From assembly GCA_040954595.2 (NCBI GenBank), contig CM082598.2, forward strand, positions 3,107,154-3,171,153: a stretch of DNA of 64,000 nucleotides, in the 5' to 3' direction. Each line of letters begins with the position of its first letter. Position 1 is the first letter of the stretch. The translations under genes were made by a program, and so were the position numbers. Below are positions 25,301-37,542 of the stretch, one piece after another. This DNA is from Balanoglossus misakiensis. Lineage: Eukaryota; Animalia; Hemichordata. Below the pieces are notes generated by a model. That model had not been told where the DNA came from. It did not search any database and saw only the letters and a list, made by a program, of their open reading frames with translations.

Positions 25301-28300
25301 AGTACTGACGATGCAGTCATGTTCAAATAGCCAAAAGACGAAGCCTTCAAAATCTCTCAGAAGGGTTTCTTGAGAAAAAATACGTGGTTATTATATTTTC
25401 GCACCACGAGACGCAACGCGCCAGTCACGCGGCGCGCATTTGCGTACGTCCACACGCCAATTTCAAAACGCGTACACCTGTGAAATGAACATGAAGACAC
25501 TGTGTCTGTCTGAGAACAAACCTATTTGCCACTTTGTCATTTCAGATGATTATTCTTTCGAGATATATTTATATCACATCCCGCAGTGAGTCAGTGGGTG
25601 GCAGTGCGCTCATATTTCTCCAAGAATCGGTGTGTAAATACAGAATGGAATATCGACCTTGTTCTCACGACTTTTATTGTTAAAATTGTAATTAAGTTTC
25701 CCTGGCCGAGTTACTGAAAATTTACAATGGATATATAAACGCTCAGTGTGTTGCTTCCCGCATCACCTACAGCGTGGTAACCGTTAACTTTAATATCTAG
25801 TGCGAATAGCAATATCATATATACATACTGATTATTTTTATGGTTGCATTTCAATTCTTTAAGGTGTTGAAATATAATGAAGTGATGGTATCTGGTAATC
25901 CAGGGGAAAAAACACATGCAGTGTGCAATAAATTTTCCTCTCGCCTGTAAGTCATTATCGCTGTGATCAATTTCGTTCCCCCCAAGGATAGCGCGTATCG
26001 ATGAAACTGACATCACTTTTGCTGAGCGTTCCAGTTGCAATGAATATTAATCGTATCGGTGAATAGATTTTTTTGCGATCACGTCAGAGTGTGCAGTGAT
26101 ACTCACGTGACACGACGAGTCATTTTCTTATCCCTCTAACTATCCATCTATATCTATATTATATGCCCGTCTCCCCCTCTCTCCATATCCCCCCTTCTCT
26201 GTCTGTCTGTCTGTCTGTCTGTCTGACTGTCTGTCTCTGTCTGTCTGTCTCTGTCTGTCTGTCTCTCTCTCTCTCTCCCAATTATGACAACTATGTCTAC
26301 ACAAAACAAAAACGACACAACAAAATCGAATATGTTGCATAAATATGACTGGCAAGCCCTATATGGTTTTGATATCACTGGAGTGTGAACGCTGATGTAC
26401 ACAATGGCAGTCCACTCTCAAACTATCACTCTCAAACAAAATACTGTACCAAACGACTGCGTGCTTTTGCACAAAATAGGCTAATCGCTGAGATAGCAGC
26501 ACGTGTGTTTATACCTCAGATCAAATCACACTTTCGCTCTATCTTCTGACAGTGAAACGTAACGTGAGAACTTTAAAATAAAAAACTAATTTACTGATAT
26601 TGCGTGTGTATAACTCATCATCTCGCCCTGAAAGCAGGCGACAAGGACGTGTGTTTTTTAATTTCTTTTCTGTCAGTACCCTCTAACGACTTTCACACCA
26701 TTTTAATTGGAGCAGTAAAATCTCTTTGTATTTCGCGGATTACCCGGAGCCAACAATCAGAGCTGAAAAACAGAGTTAAATGTGATGAGAATCGAACTTA
26801 ACAAGTATAGATCTGATTTATGCCCGGCTCGCTGCTTTTCACGCTGGCCACTTTTTGTCGTCTGCTCCTTATTTCTCGGCTGACGAGTTCTCTTCTGCGT
26901 GGCAAGCACCGTCGCCTGTACCTTGTACTCCAATTTAATGAATGTTGGTGTAGAATTGTCAAAGAAGAGGAAGAGTATAGAAAACGATAGAATGCCTAAA
27001 AACGAGCAACGCGAAAAGGATGTCGATAGCAAAAGGAAACGGTTTGAGCTAGACGTGGGAAGAAAATTTCTGCACATTTTTGAAAGATTTGGATAGTAAA
27101 TTCTTGGAGGGGCTTACATCGGGAGGAGGGGCTTACTTATACGTAATATTTACAGCTCTTTTTTTTCCATTTATTCTATTTCAGTGTTCACCGAATCAAG
27201 ATTTAAAGGAGAGAGAGAGAGAAAAAGTTCTACCAGCTTGAGCAAATATAAATCCAAAGGTTACATATGTAAGTAAGTAATTCTTGTTATCTCTGATAGC
27301 AATCACATAGCTTTCAGTCGTCGGAAATCTATTTTTTTTGTTATCGGTAATTCTTCGATATGTAACATATAATTCACCGCGAGAGATAAAAAGTAAAAGC
27401 AAATGCCGTAAGGAGAGAGCAAGAAGCAGGTGTGTCCTCCTAGAAATGAGAACATTTGTCGTTTTCCCTCGCTGCCTCTTTTTGCAAACACGCGAGCAAT
27501 ACTTCACTGAAAATATTGCCTCGACAGATTTGATATACAACAAGCTATTGTGCCCTCGAAATTTAATGCATCGATTTTCTTTCGTTTATTTGAGAGCAGC
27601 AAACTAACGTTTGAATTTAACCTAGAGACCTGCGTTTACAGTAGCTCGTAAGATTTGTCAGTTATTTTGACACAAAATAGACAGGCATCTCGGATATGTT
27701 TATCCATATTCAAATAAGAGCATACACACAGTCTGTAGTAGAATAGGCGGGTCAAATCTTTCTTGTCTCTGCATGGGGGCAGTCCCTCGCTGTACTTACT
27801 CATAACTGTGGGCTCAGCTTGGTGGTTCAAATTTTGATCCTTCTAAATGAGAAGCCGCCGAAATTGGCGGATGGACATAGAAAAGGTAATTTCAAAGATA
27901 CGATCACGTTTTGTATCGTGGACAGGTATTATGAGCAGCAAGGTGCAGCCCGAAAGGGGACGCTATAAACATCTGTTTTCTAGTGCCAATGACAGACACT
28001 TATGTCAAATGGTGTTGTCTGGCCATCACCGTCAGATGTCGATCGGCGTTTTACAAATATGGGTCCGTCAGTGACGGAGGTGTCGGGATCCCTTTCTCCC
28101 GTAGAGCTGTGCTAAATGGCTGTTAACCCTCGCTGGAAAATCACACCTGGGTTTTGATCATTTCTCAAATTGCAATTTGGCTCGGAAGCAGCCGTCAAAC
28201 GCGGACAGGAAACACGTCGACCCCGCGCACATGGGGACTGTCTATGGCATCTCATTGCTGGATTGTTCAACTCAGAATTATTTCTTTTACCGCCTTTATT

Positions 28301-30531
28301 AAATTCGCCAAATTAAATTTCTCAAATTTAATTTTGGTTTTTGACAAAGTAAATGCACAAGTCGGTCGATTATCGATCCTGTGTGTTCGTTTATCTCGCC
28401 GTTGTAAAGGCGACTTGCACGTCGAATCACGGCTGCGACTGCGGGCACGAGTCCCACAAGGCAGTTACTAGCATGCCAAAGTAGGTGCACAGTATAACTT
28501 CTGCTACAATGTACGTCATTTCAAACATTGCGATTGTTACTTTGTATTACACTGTAGTGTAACTGCTACAATGTACATCATTTCAAACATTGCGATTGTT
28601 ACTTTGTATTACACTGTAGTGCAACTGCTACAATGTACATCATTTCAAACATTGCGATTGTTACTTTGTATTACACTGTAGTGTAAGTGCTACAATGTAC
28701 ATCATTGCAAACAATGTGGTTGTTACTTTGTATTACATTGTAGTGTTTGCGTAGAGGGCCCGAAAAATAGTTGCTCTTGCTATCAGCATCGTGAAAGGGA
28801 GACCTTTAGTACTTAATCATAAGAGAACGTCTCAATAATGGACATTTTTTGTGCTAAACGGCGGGATAATTACAAATTGGTTTCGGAACGGCAAATAGAG
28901 TACATGTAGTTCAGGATAAATAATATATTATCTCAGTTCCTCCTCTTTCGTCAAAAGCGCATTTACTGCGGAAGAATGAAATTGGCTGGCGTGTTTCAAG
29001 AGATGTAGTCGAGAATTGCTCTTACAGCCTTCGACAACAAAAGCTAGATTGATTGAATCAGAGTGTTTCTTTATTGCGATAGCCAAACATATCAGGGAAC
29101 ACCTTGAGAATTACGCGTGTTGTTGTCTGGAGCAACGAACTGTGGGCGGCAGAGGAAGGAGACGCGCGCGCTTGGCGTGTCGGACCTTCAGCATGTTTGT
29201 AACGACCTAACTCGGAAGTGTCGTTAAAGTCCTTATAGCTGCCACTCAAAGCATATCTAAGTCAATGAAATCTCCCCCTTATCTTTAGTCGACAAATGAC
29301 ACCATCTTGAATTTGTGGAGATTCTAACATGCATGTGTACATACACCATGGCAGTTGTATACTCTTGGAATGGGTGGATGAATAATGGGGTGTGGCACCT
29401 GTTTAATATTTAACTTGATTATATTTAAACGTGCAGCCACAATCATAGGTTGATAATATGTTTGTGAACATCCATCGATTACCTCCTTTAAATAGACCAT
29501 TCTAAGTTTGAAAGTCAACTCCTGAAAATAATGCAAAAATAGCTGGTACTGGGGCTTTAAGAAGCGGAGCATAGATGAGCAGATATTAGTTTCACTGTAA
29601 GCCTCGAGAGTGCCTGAAAGCGGCCGGCTATTAGCTCCGCGACCGCCGGTGATTTCTTAAAAGGGGGCCTGGGAGAAATTCCGGTGATATTGAAGAGCTT
29701 TCGCTCCCAGAAACGCAAGTTTCAAGTCGTAACCTTGCATTACTATTACATGTAATGCACCTAGCCCTAGCGGAGCATCCCCCATAGCGATTTCAGCTGC
29801 GCAGAGTGACTGGAAAAAAATCTTATCAAACCATATCAACGCAAACGAGGCTGCTGGCGTGGGACACTTTCCTCAAGAAGTAGTTGTAATTCTTCAGTGC
29901 TTGCGCTGTGTGCGACCACGATAGTTTATACAGATAAGCTAGCCCGATCCTTGAAATAAAAGTCAGCTTATGTTTTTGCGAGGAAGCTGACGGAAAATCG
30001 CTCGCCAATAAAAAGTATACACATCCATATAAACAAAAGCGATCATCATAACCTTGTTCCTTCTGAACCATACCGATTTTATTTTACTAGGTTCTTATAA
30101 GACATGGACGTTTAGTGCCAGCGATCAAAGTGTCATGCATAAAAACAGGTTGTTATAGAAAACTGCTACTAACTAGCATTGCAGGTAGCTGTCTTGTGGT
30201 GAAATTGTCCCAGAAGGAAAGAACATCTTTCACTCTGAAATCCTAATACTCTAATTCCCGTGTTTCATGTTGTATCGTTATTAGAAATGAAAAGGCCAAT
30301 GGATATATGCGACTGAGTAGAACGTGTCCGCGATTGTAATTTTAAGATTACTGAGGAGTTGGTTAGCGCGGTCGGTGGCATTTGGTAATGTTGGTGGGTT
30401 ATGAACTTATTATCTGATATTGGAAAAAAAATAATATAATTAGGCGAGACTTTTACCTGTTCATCAGCGAACGCCTGATACGCGAGAGCTAGCGTGATTC
30501 CCAGGAAGGCAAACACGGTGACCGATCTCAT
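17991..30531 (-). CDS. Prepro-neuropeptide, 2 coding exons (30531-30457, 18683-17991), 255 aa, 13 WK[G/A]GLF-type peptides
   Basis: Signal exon ends CAG|gtaaaa (phase 0) and the repeat exon starts tcacag|GCC (phase 0). TATA box at ~30789-30796; AATAAA (minus strand) at 17754-17759. Confidence 0.85.
18798..19030 (+). mobile_element. Dispersed element copy B: head + ~3 units of the 62-bp core
   Basis: Same head and core as the copies at 10881 and 28451. Confidence 0.75.
22282..22358. repeat. (AAAT)n microsatellite
   Basis: Read directly from the sequence. Confidence 0.95.
26198..26277. repeat. (TGTC)n/(TC)n microsatellite
   Basis: Read directly from the sequence. Confidence 0.9.
28451..28746 (+). 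mobile_element. Dispersed element copy C: head + ~4 units of the 62-bp core
   Basis: Near-identical tandem units gtgtaactgctacaatgtacatcatttcaaacattgcgattgttactttgtattacactgta. Confidence 0.8.
30457..30531 (-). CDS. Neuropeptide precursor exon 1: signal peptide
   Basis: MRSVTVFAFLGITLALAYQAFA-DEQ with an AFA cleavage site, followed by a phase-0 donor. Confidence 0.82.
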
Positions 30532-30788
30532 CTCGACTGCCCGTTTGTAGTTTACCGTTCTGCAGACTTGTGCCCAGCAAGGGGTTGGACCAAAGGTGGG
30601 ATGGTTTACACGGCACCTTCAGTGGTAGGTCTTCCTCCGGTGGAGTTCCTTCGACGCTTGTCGTCACCGGTTGCCCTGCCTTCGTGACTTGCTGTAGTGA
30701 CGTTGTCAGCGTGTGTTACAAACAGCGGTGTTTCTCTCTCGGATCTGAAGGCTGGCGTCTGTCTGTGCGCGTCGACGCAAAATTCGGA

Positions 30789-30918
30789 CTTATATAGGCC
30801 GCAACGGGTGTGCGTCTGCTGACGACTGCCTAGCCCCCCGGAACGAGCACGCGGAATAAAAAAGTAACGTCACCGTTGCCCCGGGTTACTGCATAGCCGG
30901 GCCTGTTGCCATGGTAGC
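30789..30918 (-). promoter_or_regulatory. Proximal promoter of the neuropeptide gene: TATA box, half-CRE and X-box-like (RFX) motifs
   Basis: Minus-strand TATATAAG at 30789-30796, ~260 nt upstream of the ATG; gtgacgtt at ~30866-30873; GTTGCCATGGTAGC at 30905-30918. Confidence 0.55.
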
Positions 30919-33900
30919 ATTTCGACGGAAGGCCAATCTGAATGACCGGCGAGAAAGATACACAAAAGTGTAACCGGTCTGTTGTATTGAAATTTGAAAT
31001 CAATTTAGATGAAGGGGAAATTGAAACCGAATTACAAAGAGTGAAACCGGCCAGCTTTTACAGGTTTCATGATCTTAACAGCCAGTTTAACTCACACTCC
31101 TGTCGTCATTATCTTCAATGGTTAAATCGATCTGGATTCGGACAATCCAACCCTGAAAATTAGTCACTTCTCGTGGCAAACGGCCACCTCTATTTTTTAT
31201 CTCATTTTCATTTGAAAAATATTCCGTTTTCGAAGTGATTGCAATCTTTTCAAGTCACCCATGGCGCGTCGAAAGAGGAATGATGGGAAACCTGTGAAAT
31301 GTTTTGGAGTGGTGAGTCCTTTGGAGTAGATCTGAAGGGTCTGAAGGTGACGGATGATATATACCGCGCGATAGCCACGCCGGGTGATCGCTTCCAATGG
31401 ATGTACGCGTCCGTTCTGATTCGGACTTCGTAGGAAGATTCCTATCAGACAAATACCCAATCCCGATGCCTGTGCGTCTTGCAGTAAGCATGAAACAAAA
31501 TACACGTTCCGCCACTAAGCCGCGCTCTTCACCAAATATAACGTACAGTAATTGGAATGTATCAGTAACGCCAAGTCAGTCTTTATTTGTGTCCGCTGGA
31601 ATGTTTGTCAGCATTATGATAAAGTGAAACTGAGCGAGAAGGATATTGCCACTGAATAACGTTGACGTTCTGGGAGAAAATAACACCAGTTATGTGATAG
31701 AATACATCTCTCTTTCAGACAAGATAGTCTGGCTGCCAACTAGCCTACGACCTGGCTAGCTAGCTAGGCGCCAGTCAATTAGATAGAGAGAGACGGAGAG
31801 GGAGGAGAGAGAGGGAGAGAGAGAAGAGACAGACAGACAGGCAGGCAAATAGACATACAGGCAGATAGACAGACAAGTGTATGCTATCAGAAGAGATGGA
31901 AGAGAGATTTCAACCCTTAAAGACCCATGTTTCTCGACGTGGGCACTTCCATAGAAATAAACAGGTCCCTTTTTCTGTGTACAGAACAATATTGGGCAAC
32001 AGAAGGTCGTCTGAGCATTGCATATGCCCCTTTAAATGGAAATGTTAAGAAATGTGACGGTCGTTGAAATAGATGCAAGGACAGCGGAGGGGAATTTTCC
32101 CCTCCACTGATTTCCCCGTTTCTTCGATTATACGCTTAAACGTTCAGAAATGTTTTGTAGCTATCGATCGACATGATACAGATATCTCTATTCGTACCAC
32201 CACACCCTTGAACCTTCCCAATTCTTTGATAGTTCGAGGCACATCTTGTCAATACATCTTGCTTTTTTGATGACGTCATACTTATGTTAATTTAACTAGG
32301 GACACCGGAAATGGGAATTTGAAAACCCGTCTTTATTATCAATGTTTGGCGCAGCAATCTATACTTGAATTCGTCCCCCGCGGTAGTCACCACGGAATAT
32401 AAATCGTTCAGTGTAGGGGTCTGACCTTTCTTCCTCGTTCAACAAGTGACGCGGCCCCGTCTATCAGTTCGAAGCGTGCGAAAACGAACGCGCGCATGTC
32501 AACGGTCGGGAGGACACACATTTATTAGTTTGTTCGTGCCCACTTTTGAACAGATTGCGACTGAACGGTCCATCTGTTTGTTCAGCCATCCGTGTGTCTC
32601 TCTCTCCCATCCATCGACGTTACTTGGCAATTTTAAGACGCGACTGTCATTTCGCGGAGTTGTGTAACTTTTACCTCTTTTTCCAGTATTTTTGTTTTGT
32701 GTGTCAAATGCAAAACCGTTGTTATTGTTGACAAATGAATTCTCGTCCGGACTTGAAATCAAATTATGCAAACTAACAATGCTGACACACAGATACATGT
32801 GTATATGTACATGTATTTATATGTCAATCTGTGTTTCTAAGCTAAAGCTGAGCGTTTCACTGCCATATTTCATGAATTTGAACAAGAATCTGCAGTTGAT
32901 ACACAAAACAAAAATACCGAAATCATAGGGAAAAGTTACAGCTAATGAGCTTAAAGCAATCATATATACCACCAACAGTTTGAGCCAATCCCCAATCGTG
33001 CATTTTATGAAATGCCATCTCTCGATGCATTTCGACGTTTCGGGTGTACTATTTTCTGGCAAAACAATAGTAACTATAGAGATAATCAATTTTAAATTGA
33101 TTTATTCAAGTCTGACTAAAAACGACATCATAGATTAATCGGATCTTTAAAATAAGTCAATTCTTGAACAAAAGTGTTGGCGGAAATAATAAAACAACAA
33201 TATCGAGGACGCGGACGCTTTCAACTTTCTTTGGATTTTCAAAGCAGCGCACAGATTTCTTTTGTGTAGCGACACGGACCGATCGCTATGTATTTGTGAG
33301 TGAAATCGTCGATATTGACGCCCATATATAGGGCACCACTTCAAATGCTTGCCTTGGGATGGTGATTATTTTTTTTTGCAGACGCGGTGAATAAAATAGT
33401 TGATTGACACAAGGGACACTTTTGCCTATATTGTCCGCCTGTTGCATATTACCGTGTTAATGTTGGCTAATAGTTAAATGTTAGCGCTGTTTCAGACTAC
33501 TGTCAAGGGCCCCGTCACTGTGTGACTCAATCATATAGTATTTCCAAATTGCGCTGTAACGGTTTTAAACAAATATCATGGGTAACGTATGATAACTCAT
33601 CATTTTAACCCTCGCGGTGTCACACGGGCGCCTATATCGTATGTGCTCTGGTTGTGAAGCTTTTCATCGGCACCATCTTCGAGTGTTTTCTGATCACCGC
33701 CGTTGCTGTGGTCCCCTCCCTGCCCGCAATAAACGTCAGCGCGATGATACGGTAGCCTCGCCGCGCCACCACGGTCGAACGAACGCGCGGGCAGGCTTAC
33801 ACACAAATTACGGAACGCCAAGAAAGGCGTTTGTGATCGCATCGGTTGCTTTGTCAAAATAAAACAATCACACCTTGCTACGGCAATCCAATTCTCCTCA

Positions 33901-36064
33901 GTGAACTGGCAAAATATATGCTGTTGGTTCGGAAAATGTGCAGTGAAACGAAGCGGAAGGTTTGAAATGAAACTTGGCGTAGATGGAAACATTAGTACAT
34001 GCTCTGTAATAAAGATACAATCAGACGAACGTGTATATGTGAAAAAGAGTAATATTTAACAGAAACGTACATTTATTTTTATCGGATAATATATCACGTG
34101 TAATTCTTTTTTTAAAATGATCCAAACTGGAAGAAAAGATACTAGAGACAGGAGGGATAACTTAAAGAAAATCCCCATGATATTTTTCAGGTGAAAAGGT
34201 ACCATTCTTAATAATCAAATCTTGGGTAATCAAGTTCTCCGCTTCGGAAGCACCTGATAAATCTAGATTGCTTGTGCGAGTCACGTGAGAATTTTATAGG
34301 TCGAGAGTAATTATTAACTGTTCCAGGGTTCAATTTTCAGACTTTATCCCTCATCGCCTTCGTCGATGGAAGGTGCAGTTTTGGCTTATAAAAGTATGGT
34401 GTATTTCTCTTGATAACACTTGTTCGTTTCCAATTTTTTTTGCAGTTATGGTGAAGACAGACGGTGTCAACTTGGTGGTCAGTTGAAAATGGCGCCACTG
34501 TGTGCTGGTGGTGTAGGGCGGAAGTGACGTCGAAGGCGACCGGAAGTGGTGAAACACACAAAGTACAATTACAAGACTAAGGTATTTACGCATATCCAGT
34601 CCCCCTATCGTTTCTTGTTTGCTCCCTTATGGAGAGCATTAACTGACGGGGAAACACTTAATTGTGTAATTAACACCTCTTAATGTTATGAGCTATGCTT
34701 TGACGGCGCTAATCTCCGCCAAATCGCCCTAATGAAACTGACACGAGTCTGTGTCAATTTCATGTGCGCACTCCACGTGAACGCGCGACGCGGAGCCTCG
34801 GTCGCGTTAACGTTTTAATTGCACCCAGACGCCCGATTCGGGAGCTAATTATGCGGACGACGCATCAGACAGCCATTCAGACTCTATTGCCCCATAATTT
34901 TAAACAAGTGACTCAAATGCGGTGGTAACTCCCAGCAAACTGACTAGACTTTAGAGTCAGGGCAAGTAAACGGACCCAGTAAATGAATAAAATTCTCTGT
35001 AAAACATATCTCCCCGTTAAATGTCATTATCAATATTAAATCGGAAAGACGTCGTACACTTGACTGACGTATGTGATTATGTCACTCAACAGTACGGCTA
35101 GATCCGTAGTTGAGTCTTGTTGTTTTCCTGATTTTTTGCGGGAAAAAATTAGTGAATACAAGTACGCGACATACCTCAACTCCCACTGGTCATCGGTTTA
35201 GTATGCAAATAAATTCGTAAGACAATTAAGTCAGATGTAAAAATGTTGAAAGGACGACACAATAATTCTGGTTCGTTACACCGTTTTATTTACGTTGACC
35301 TTGAAAAAAATGCAGTGGATCGTTGTCACGACTCTTTACAGACCAAGCAGTAAAAGATAAATACTTGTTGTCCACGTTGTAACCTTGTCATCGTAGCATT
35401 GTGCGAAATCGGAGAGATTGTCAACTCGACAGAAAAGCGATCGTTATTTGTTTTAACGCTGGGCCGGCGAAGCTCAATGATTTACTATAATATGATTCAT
35501 GTTGGAAATGTGATGTAACTTTTTATGACAAACACAAAGTGAAAATACCTACGCAAAGATAAAAGAACAGACTTAATCCCCAATAAAATGCTTCGCATGT
35601 CATAAGGATTAGTTTTGTGGCCAGACTAAAATTGCGAGACGTTTTTGACGTTTTTGAGTTCCAAAGAGGCTTCTTCCCGCCTTTCTTTTTACCTAATTCA
35701 GATTGTTCGGTCGTCCTCCATCTATAAAACGCAATTCATCGATTGATAATTTGATAGCAGTAATCTAACGAACGTGGAGCGTAAATAACCTTCTCAGGGT
35801 CACTTAGACAGAGCAAAATTTCGTATCTTCAGGGAGTCTTTCTGATTACAATAAAAGTCTCTTCACTCAGATTACGGTTCTTAATAATTAAAAGCGCTTC
35901 GCAGCGTCTAATTTTTTATGTGATAATCCCCTAGGAGGTTGGCTTTTTATGTAAATGAATATAAAGTTAACTTTATCACCTTGGACATTAAACGTCTTTT
36001 AACCCGAGGAAGGAGCGTATAAACCTACACGAGGAAGGCATAAATATTAATTAGAGAAGACGGG

Positions 36065-36065
<1 letters not shown>

Positions 36066-36107
<42 letters not shown>

Positions 36108-36185
36108 GGACGGACAGACAGACAGACAACCGGGCAGACAGACAGACATGGATAGACAGGCAAGCAGGCAGGCAGGCAGGCAGGC

Positions 36186-36262
<77 letters not shown>
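36066..36262. repeat. Compound (GACA)n/(GGCA)n/(GATA)n microsatellite
   Basis: Read directly from the sequence. Confidence 0.95.
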
Positions 36263-36263
<1 letters not shown>

Positions 36264-37271
36264 TTGTTGTAAGCTTCTATCTCAACGCATCAACTGCCGC
36301 TGAAAACAATCTAGTTATCACCGGGGATTTCAGTAGACTCTCGTTGGATTAAAAGAACGGGGGCGCACGCAGTCAAATCGAACAGTGGTATAATCGAACG
36401 GCCTTAAGTGGCAGTCGCTTGAATATTACCTGTTCCATTGCCCGGGACCATGCCTTTATCTATGCGTTTAGTAATCGAAGCCGTACACAAACCGATATCA
36501 CTTCAATTCACTGCTATGCGTACTTAGCTGTGGCGTTATCCTCCAATACTGCGCACAGAGGTCGTAAAAGCCGTACAATGGTTGGGCGTCTTGATGATCA
36601 GCCATAAACCGCTCAAATTTCACTGCAATTCTTTTTAACCAGCGCGGTGGGTTTTTGTTATTGTATGTTCCAATGCACTGTGCCTTTAAAGCTTAATTAG
36701 CCGTATTGAATGTTTTGTGAAAATTAAAAGACGGTTACGTTCTGGTAATACGTGCCTATTAACACTCTGCTTGCGAGTTAAGAGAAAACCACTAAATCGC
36801 CCTTGCTCAAATATTACATAAATGGGCTTCCTGTATGTTATAAACAGTAAAAATGAAGGATTATTATTCTTGGAAAATAATAAAACAAATAGGAGAATTA
36901 TATCTGTAACAGAAACCGACCATTAGGAATTAGGATAAAAAATAAAAGGGGGCTAAGAAGGGCAAATAAAATGTTCAATGTATTTATTTAATGATTTCCG
37001 CTGGTCGTATATCCGGCTATAGATTTTTTATTCAGATTGTGTTGTAACGGTGAACACGGTGATGATTGCTAGTATTGAAAATCGCTTTGATATCACAATC
37101 GTGTGTCTCCTTCGTGAGTATATTAGTTTCATTGACCATGATTCAAGGAAAACTGGAGGAATTGTTAAGTGTGGACATATTTGGTGCTTTGCGTTTGGTT
37201 AGGCTAGAGTTGGGGGATAATTTTCTGTGTGACGTCATTCAGTTTGCATTTTCACATGTGTGATTGCCGTA

Positions 37272-37542
37272 ATGTGAACTTGTGGTAGGGCTGTTGTGTT
37301 GTGTTGTGTTGTGTTGCGTTGCGTTGCGTTGTGTTGTGTTGTGTTGTGTTGTGTTGTGTTGTGCTGTGTTGTGTTGTGCTTTGTCCTGTTTTGTTGTGCT
37401 GTGTTGTGTTGTGCTTTGTCCTGTTTTGTTGTGCTGTGTTGTGTTGTGCTTTGTCCTGTTTTGTTGTGCTGTGTTGTGTTGTGCTTTGTCCTGTTTTGTT
37501 GTGCTGTGTTGTGTTGTGCTTTGTCCTGTTTTGTTGTGCTGT
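37272..37542. repeat. (GTTGT)n pentamer array grading into a 35-bp higher-order unit x5
   Basis: gtgctgtgttgtgttgtgctttgtcctgttttgtt is repeated from 37361. Confidence 0.93.

Noticed and set aside
28491-28746. 62-bp repeats as a CRISPR array
   Set aside because: The units are head-to-tail with no unique spacers.
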